DNA of 64,000 nucleotides from Tubulanus polymorphus (taxonomy: Eukaryota > Animalia > Nemertea): positions 17,037,807 to 17,101,806 of the forward strand of contig NC_134031.1 in the NCBI RefSeq assembly GCF_964204645.1, read 5' to 3'. Made by a program: the position numbers and the translations under genes. The notes beneath the pieces were generated by a model. That model was not told the DNA's origin, did no database searches, and worked only from the letters and a program-made list of their open reading frames with translations. This document shows, piece by piece, positions 55,924 to 64,000 of the stretch (positions within the stretch are counted from its first letter, which is position 1; each line of letters begins with the position of its first letter).

Positions 55924-57047
55924 GATGAGATTCTAAGAATTCTACACCTCAGATCAAAAACGCTTTAAAACTGAGGATAATGGTGAGTTTTTGATATGGT
56001 ATGAAACTATACTCTTATTCTATTACAACTTATGTATGTATGCTTCCCTATACAAATACTGTATTTTAGGGGTCAAAACGAAGCTGATCCTGAACAAATC
56101 TGCAAACAGTAAACATTGCGCCCTAAGAATCAAACAAAGTAAAAAGTTGTGAGTTTATATCGATTAATTACAGTAATTTGTGGTTATTTGTCAGTTATAC
56201 ACTATTTCTCATTTTTTCCGGTTTCTATAGATTTATCTGCAACTCAAGTCAGGATGATGGTGGATTTTTGAAGGGTGAATAAGACGAAAGTTTAAAGCTA
56301 CCATCAGATACCTCAGAAATCTGCATCACTCAATCTGCAATACATTGTGATAAACTACTCAAACCCTGGTAGGTTTTCTGTCAATCGAACACAAACAAGC
56401 CGCAATTAGGCCCTACTATTTATTTCACTAATTATTATCTGGCATAATCTTCTCTATTTTCAACACAAATTTCAGCAGGAGAAATTAGAATATTCACCAT
56501 CAAAGAGTGAAGAAACTCTTGTTGTTGCTGAAGCTGATGTTATTTCTTTAAAACAAACTAAGTAATTTTCTCTACACAATTCAACCTAGTTCTCGCTTGT
56601 TATAAAACTTGACGGTTCAATTATTTGAAAAATCGTTTTTTTTTCAGGAAATCATCAGTGCTCTTAACTTTATGACGTTAACTGAAATCCTGCTATAGAA
56701 ATTGTCTGTATGGTTAAAATGGCACTAAACTAATCTGATACATGTTTAGAAATGGTGAGTTTTGCTCTAATTTGATAATAACCTAAAATGTATTATTCTA
56801 TACAGTATCTTTATGTGATTCTCTAGAAAGTTCTGTAAGAAATGTGGCTGCTGCTGCTGCTGTTGTGACGGGTGCTGCTCTACTGCTCGTGCTGCTGCTG
56901 CTCTACTGCTAGTGCTGCTGGTGCTGCTGCTACTGCTGCTGCTGCTGCTGCTGTTGTGACGGGTGCTGCTCTACTGCTGGTGCTGCTTTACTGCTGATGC
57001 TGCTGCTGATGCTGCTGATGCTGCTGCTGCTGCTGCTGCTGCTGCTG

Positions 57048-57093
<46 letters not shown>

Positions 57094-58319
57094 AGCTGCT
57101 GATGCTGCTTCTGCCCCAATCAAATCTACCGGAAAATACTGTGGACAATAGACTACTACAATAATCAAAACAAGTAAGGAAATACTAATTTTCAGAATAA
57201 CAGACACTTGACGTCTCTTTATTTTACTAATCAGTTTTCTCTTTACAGAGTGAAATCCACACAGCATCAGATTTTACAGCTCAAAAAACCTCGTTGAAAG
57301 TTCACCTTAAACATATCGCTAAATCCTCCTCGCACGCAGCCTGACAATTGTGCAAACAAGTGAAACAAAAGCTGTGAGTTTTAATCTAAATTTGCTCTTA
57401 TTTCATAAGAATTTAACTGACAATTTCTAACATTGATACATTTGTTTTTAGGAGGTAAAGAAGAGGAACATTTGACAGAATCTGTGAACAGTAAACATCG
57501 CGAATTCACTGAACATTTGTAAATGATGGACATCGATTTAGATCCTCAAGACAAATACCGGTAAGTATCTCTACAGATTCCAGTCTTGCTACTGTTTTGT
57601 ATTAAGTCATTTCCTGATAAGATAGTATTTCCACCAGGATACGTCACGTGGCACATTTTAGAAGTTTCAGTTATAAACTATTTCTCATTTTTTTGGTTTC
57701 TATAGATTTATCTCTAACTCAAGTCAGGATGATGGTGGATTTTTGAAGGGTGAATAAGACGAAAGTCTAAAGCTACCATCAGATACCTCAGAAATCTGCA
57801 TCACTCAACACATTGTGATAATCTACTCAAACCCTGGTAGGTTTTCTGTCAATCGAACACAAACAAGCCGCAATTACTATTTATTTCACTAATTATTTTC
57901 TGGTATAATTTTCTCTTTTCAGAATACGATGTACCAAACACAAATTTCAGCAGGAGAAATTAGAATATTCACCATCAAAGAGTGAATAAACTCTGGTTGT
58001 TGCTGAAGCTAATGTTATTTCTTTAAAACAAACTAAGTAATTTTCTCTACATAATTCAACCTAGTTCTCGCTTGTTATAAAACTTGACGGTTCAATTATT
58101 TGAAAAATCATTTTTTTTCAGGAAATCATCAGTGCTCTTAACTTTATGACGTTAACTGAAATCCTGCTATAGAAATTGTCTGTATCGTTAAAATGGCACT
58201 AAACTAATCTGATACGTGTTTAGAAATGGTGAGTTTTGCTCTAATTTGATAATAACCTAAAATGTATTATTCTATACAGTATCTTTATGTGATTCTCTAG
58301 AAAGTTCTGTAAGAAATGT

Positions 58320-58398
<79 letters not shown>

Positions 58399-58406
58399 TT
58401 GACGGG

Positions 58407-58440
<34 letters not shown>

Positions 58441-58448
58441 TTGACGGG

Positions 58449-58485
<37 letters not shown>

Positions 58486-58508
58486 TTGACGGCTGCTGCT
58501 GTTTTGAC

Positions 58509-58578
<70 letters not shown>

Positions 58579-58626
58579 TTGACGGGTGCTGCTGCTGCTG
58601 CTGCTCTACTGCTGGTGGTGCTGCTG

Positions 58627-58661
<35 letters not shown>

Positions 58662-60571
58662 CCAATCAAATCTACCGGAAAATACTGTGGACAATAAACT
58701 ACTACAATAAGCAATTAAACAAGTAAGGAAAATACTAATTTTCAGAATAACAGACACTTGACGTCTCTTTATTTTACTAATCAGTTTTCTCTTTACAGAG
58801 TGAAATCCACACAGCATCAGATTTTACAGCTCAAAAAACCTCGTTGAAAGTTCACCTTAAACATATCGCTAAATCCTCCTCGCACGCACCCTGACAATTG
58901 TGCAAACAAGTGAAACAAAAGCTGTGAGTTTTAATCTAAATTTGCTCTTATTTCATAAGAATTTAACTGACAATTTCTAACATTGATACATTTGTTTTTA
59001 GGGGGTAAAGAAGAGGAACATTTGACAGAATCTGTGAACAGTAAACATCGCGAATTCACTGAACATTTGTAAATGATGGACATCGATTTAGATCCTCAAG
59101 ACAAATACCGGTAAGTATCTCTACGGATTCCAGTCTTTCTACTGTTTTGAATTAAGTCATTTCCTGATAAGATAGTATTTCCACCAGGATACGTCACGTG
59201 GCACATTTTAGAAGTTTCAGTTATAAACTATTTCTCATATTTTGGTTTCTATAGATTTATCTCTAACTCAAGTCAGGATGATGGTGGATTTTTGAAGGGT
59301 GAATAAGACGAAAGTCTAAAGCTACCATCGGATACCTCAGAAATCTGCATCACTCAATACATTGTGATAAAACTACTCAAACCCTGGTAGGTTTTCTGTC
59401 AATCGAACACAAACAAGCCGCAATTACTATTTATTTCACTAATTATTTTCTGGCATAATTTTCTCTTTTCAGAATACGATGTACCGAACACAAATTTCAG
59501 CAGGAGAAATTAGAATATTCACCATCAAAGAATGAAGAAACTCTTGTTGTTGCTGAAGCTGATGTTATTTCTTTAAAACAAACTAAGTAATTTTATCTAC
59601 ATAATTCAATCTAGTTCTCGCTTGTTATAAAACTTTATGGTTCAATTATTTGCATAATCATTTTTTTTTCAGGAAATCATCAGTGCTCTTAACTTTATGA
59701 CGTTAACTGAAATCCTGCTATAGAAATTGTCTGTATGGTTAAAATGGCACTAAACTAATCTGATACATGTTAAGAAATGGTGAGTTTTGCTCTAATTTGA
59801 TAATAACCTAAAATGTATTATTCTATACAGTATTTTTATGTGATTCTCTAGGAAGTTCTGTAAGAAATGTGGCTGCTGCTGTTGTGGCGGGTGCTGCTCT
59901 ACTGCTGCTGCTGGTGCTGCTGCTACTGCTGCTGCTGCTGCTCTCTACTGCTGCTCTCTACTGCTGCTGTTGGTGCTTGTTCTGCTGCTGTTGCTACTGC
60001 TGATGCTGTTGCCGCTTCTGCCCCAATCAAATCTACCGGAAAATACTGTGGACAATAAACTACTACAATAATCAAAACAAGTAAGGAAAATACTAATTTT
60101 CAGGATAACAAACACGTGACGTCTCTTTATTTCACTAATCAGTTTTCTCTTTACAGAATGAAATCCACACAGCATCAGATTTTACAGCTCAAAAAACCTC
60201 GTTCAAAGTTCACCTTAAACATATCGCTAAATCCTCCTCGCACGCAGCCTGACAATTGTTCAAACAAGTGAAACAAAAGCTGTGAGTTTTAATCTAAATT
60301 TGCTCTTATTTCATAAGAATTTAACTGACAATTTCTAACATTGATACATTTGTTTTTAGGAGGTAAAGAAGAGGAATATTTGACAGAATCTGTGAACAGT
60401 AAACATCGCGAATTAACTGAACATTTGTAAATGATGGACATCGATTTAGATCCTCAAGACAAATACCGGTAAATATCTCTACAGATTCCAGTCTTTCTAC
60501 TGTTTTGTATTAAGTCATTTCCTGATAAGATAGCATCTCCACTAGGATACGTCACGTGGCACATTTTAGAA
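55924..60571 (+). ncRNA. Candidate multi-exon lncRNA array: three ~1.5-kb tandem units, each with six exon-like blocks including a (CTG)n block
   Basis: Unit acceptors at 56230, 57705 and 59254. Pyrimidine-AG acceptors alternate regularly with GTRAGT-like donors, and stops occur in all three frames. The repeat is certain; transcription is inferred. Confidence 0.5.
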
Positions 60572-60584
60572 ATTTAGACTACTC

Positions 60585-62870
60585 TGTACCGTACGGTGGT
60601 GCCACCACGAGCAAGTGACTCAATTTCTTCCTTAGCGCCTCAATATTCTTGTGTTTTTTTGGGAACTGCCGCTCAATTTACGTATTTTCAACCAACTTAA
60701 GACCGTTACGAGCTCGCACCTGTCTGACTCTCGGTGAGTTCGCTCCGGTTTAGTTACTTATTTCGATCGTTTATTCACTGGTCGGCTCACCAGATCCACC
60801 GCCCGCGGGTTTTTTTCGATACCAAGTTTACGATCGGCAGCTCCTCGCAAACGAGGTGTCTCGTGTTTAGCGAGTTTTTATATCAGAGTTTTAATGTCGG
60901 ACTCCAAACGGGAAGTCCGATACCTCCTGCCCTTCTGACGAGAGCCAGAAAGTCACCGAGTTGTCGGTACCTGGCCATCCGCCCCCTCGGTCGACGTCAA
61001 TGTTAGATCAATTTTGTCCACGTCGTCAGTTGCTCCCGTCCTTAACATACATTCAAATGCCTAAGGCGGGATTAGTTTTTTCCTTGTCATTCTTGGAGAA
61101 CATTACGCGAATCGAGAGTTTCGAGGATCTTGAGTTGCTCTGTCTCTGATGTTGGCGAGTAAAATCACCAAGATCCAGAGGTGACCCAAGATTCTCTGTT
61201 CTGGGCCCCAATGGGCCACTCATTTTTTCCGGTTGTCGTGTCCCTATAGCAGCGAAAGAGTCTCAGGTGATGTTTAATAGATCCTTTATGATTCCGAGGA
61301 AGCTGCCTGCACATTTCTACGGAATGGTCGCTTCATCCGGAGGTGGCTGTTCGAGTGGGGGTCCCTGGTGGGCGATCTGTTGATAGGTCTCTTCGCCACC
61401 AGGTTCAACAAGAGGTTCCCGCTGTTTGTGTCTCCTTTTCCAGACCAGATGGCGTGAAAGATAGACGCGTTCTGGTTCCACTGGGACGGGATCTTAGCGC
61501 GTGCTCACCCACCGATTCAAGTCTTGCCGGCTGTCCTCGACGTCCTCATGTCTGATAGTTCACAACCTTCTGTGCGACAATCCCAGGCTTCTGCCACAAT
61601 TTGCGTGCCTCCTGTCTCAGAGGAGTTTCCGGAGGCACCCTGCACTACAAATACTCATCCTTTACGCCTGGCCGTTGTCGAGCGACGCCTGGCGAATGCG
61701 GGGTTTTCAGTCGGGGCTTCCTCGTTTATCTCTGACTTAATCTAAGCGCCCTAGCACAGGCGGGATTTATGATTCCATGCCGATTGGTTTGATCCATGCA
61801 CTCCCGCTGTAGCCGCTCTCGCTGATTGTCCATCTTTCGTTTTGAGGTCAAGAGGCAGCAGGTGGTAACCATTAAGGGTTACCGGTCCGCTATCGGCCAT
61901 ACTTTCAGGGTGGCTATGCAGGACTTGACCTCCGATTACCGTATTTCATCGCAGGTTTCACGGTGGCTCGACCGAAGTTGCCTCGGGAAATCACTCCATG
62001 GGATTTTGGGGTGGTTCTTAGGTTTCCCATGGCCCACCCGTATGAACCTTTCTCCGAAGTGAGTCTATCTAAACTCACGTAGAAAACAGTTTTTCTTCTT
62101 TTTCTGGCATTCATGCATTGACGACTCGGCCCGGGCATTCTGTTTTCGGTCCTGGTCATCATTCTCCGCCCTTATCACAACTATATCGCTAAGAATCAAA
62201 GACCAGGCGTGTACTTAGAGAGTGGAGAGTAATGGGTGAAGGCTCTGACCCATAGGGTTCAGTCCAACTTTCCGGACCGGGCGCTTTGTCCGGTTCGGGC
62301 GTTAAAACTGCCACAATTCGGAGAGATGGAGATCGGATCGTTGAAGGAGGAATCCTTGAAGGATGTCTCGAGGGGATCAGGTCATCAGGTGTGTTCGGTC
62401 GCGACTTCGTGGGCAGCATTTTCGGGTGCGTCCATCGAAGAGGTTTGTTGAGGAGCGTTCTGGAGTAGTCAGAATACCTTCGCTTCCTTTTATTTAAAAG
62501 AGCTATCGGTGGTGGGCCCGGCTCTCATTGCTCAGAGTGTGTGAGTTTTTATTTCGGGGTCAGCTCATTCCGATTTGCATTCCGTTCCTCCGTCGGATCC
62601 GCTTGATCCGGATCAAAACGCTTGATGTTTGTTTTGTTTTCATTTTGGAACTTTGCAGCCTGTTGTACGGCAGCTGAGGCCCGGGGACTCTAGCCGGGTA
62701 TTCGGTGGGGAGTGACACATTTTTGGGAGCCTTACTTACATTTTTGGGAGTGTTGTGGCTTATCCTTCTAAACTGTGCCCCACGTAACGCATCCTGAAGG
62801 AAATAAAAAACATAATTTTCGGGAGTAAAATTTTATTTTATGACCACCCAGTTCTACGCATGAATATTCA
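60585..62870 (+). mobile_element. Decayed DIRS1-like tyrosine-recombinase retrotransposon
   Basis: MT-like segment LFATRFNKRFPLFVSPFPD..IDAF..W...HPP..LPAVL. YR segments TIKGYRSAI, KTVFLLFLA, LCPVRALK and GHQVCSVATSWA...IEEV..FWSSQNTFASFYL. Many stops and deletions; no RT recognised. Confidence 0.88.
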
Positions 62871-62988
62871 ATCACTTATCAAGGGTGTCATGATTTTCAT
62901 ATATTCATATTTCCAAGGTACACCTTTCTTATTTCTTGAAAACAATTCCCGAGTTTTCTCTCTTTATTCTAGGACGAGTGGCAACCAC

Positions 62989-63698
62989 CATCTGACCATC
63001 ACAGGGGCATCGGATCAATACGCCCATCTGACCATCACAGGGGCATCGGATCAATACGCCCATCTGACCATCACAGGGCATCGGATCAATACGCCCATCT
63101 GACCATCCCAGGGCATCGGATCAATACGCCCATCTGACCATCCCAGGGCATCGGATCAATACGCCCATCTGACCATCACAGGGCATCGGATCAATACGCC
63201 CATCTGACCATCACAGGGCATCGGATCAATACGCCCATCTGACCATCACAGGGCATCGGATCAATACGCCCATCTGACCATCCCAGGGCATCGGATCAAT
63301 ACGCCCATCTGACCATCACAGGGCATCGGATCAATACGCCCATCTGACCATCACAGGGCATCGGATCAATACGCCCATCTGACCATCACAGGGCCTCGGG
63401 TCAATATACCCATCTGACAGGAACAGGAACCTATGGAGATATGACCATCACAGGGCCTCGGATCAATACGCCCATCTGACCATCACAGGGCCTCGGGTCA
63501 ATATACCCATCTGACAGGAACAGGAACCTATGGAGATATGACCATCACAGGGCCTCGGATCAATATACCCATCTGACCATCACAGGGCATCGGATCAATA
63601 CGCCCATCTGACCATCACAGGGCATCGGATCAATACGCCCATCTGACCATCCCAGGGCCTCGGGTCAATATACCCATCTGACAGGAACAGGAACCTAC
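62989..63698. repeat. 35-bp minisatellite with periodic variant units
   Basis: catctgaccatcacagggcatcggatcaatacgcc, with insert variants containing caggaacaggaacctatggagata. Confidence 0.97.
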
Positions 63699-63770
63699 TA
63701 CATGGAGTTTGAAATGCTGCCGCTTATTCAGAGATCAGCTATAATTACCGAATATCAATGATTTCTGTCT

Positions 63771-63882
63771 AGTTTTACCGGCCGATATGTGTTAGCTTCA
63801 GATTACTGTTGTTCTGTTTGTGTTGATGGTTTTACCGGCCGGTATGTGTTAGCTACAGATTACTGTTGTTCTGTTTGTGATG
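63771..63882. repeat. Two ~58-bp direct repeats
   Basis: gttttaccggccgrtatgtgttagctwcagattactgttgttctgtttgtg, twice. Confidence 0.85.
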
Positions 63883-64000
63883 GTATATCGCATACCCATA
63901 AGAACATGACTTAGAAACATAATGCGATTCGTCTCATGAAGCTGTAATGTCAGTTTTTCTAGTAACAAAGCCTCCGTAGGGATTAAAACCCACTGTGTAC

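Noticed and set aside
56930-58817. Poly-Gln, poly-Ala and poly-Ser ORFs
   Set aside because: These are artefacts of stop-free CTG/CAG tracts; frames are not conserved between the three units.
62989-63698. CRISPR-like 35-bp periodicity (also the 50-bp repeat at 50145)
   Set aside because: The units are contiguous with no unique spacers, there are no cas genes, and the context is eukaryotic.

Overview
Eukaryotic genomic DNA, most likely a metazoan invertebrate, with GT-AG introns. 1-48 kb is compact and gene-rich: a PRRT3/PRRT4-like 7TM gene whose ~15.5-kb last intron hosts an antisense glutamine synthetase gene; three tandem paralogues encoding a secreted ~420-aa protein of three divergent CUB-like domains; a head-to-head MRRF/RBM18 pair; POLR1H (RPA12/ZNRD1); a secreted 4-Ig-domain gene; and a Dispatched-family SSD/RND gene. 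Introns carry MITEs, a LINE fragment and Penelope-type hairpins with minimal hammerhead motifs. 48-64 kb has no intact protein gene. It holds two tandem arrays with regular canonical splice signals but no ORF (candidate highly spliced repeat lncRNA, one module with a CUG-repeat exon), a 3.6-kb segment bounded by 171-bp inverted repeats that contains G-rich tracts and a duplicated structured-RNA-like motif, a decayed DIRS1 element and minisatellites. Exon coordinates were derived by hand from splice signals and frame continuity. Family assignments come from recalled motifs, not database searches.
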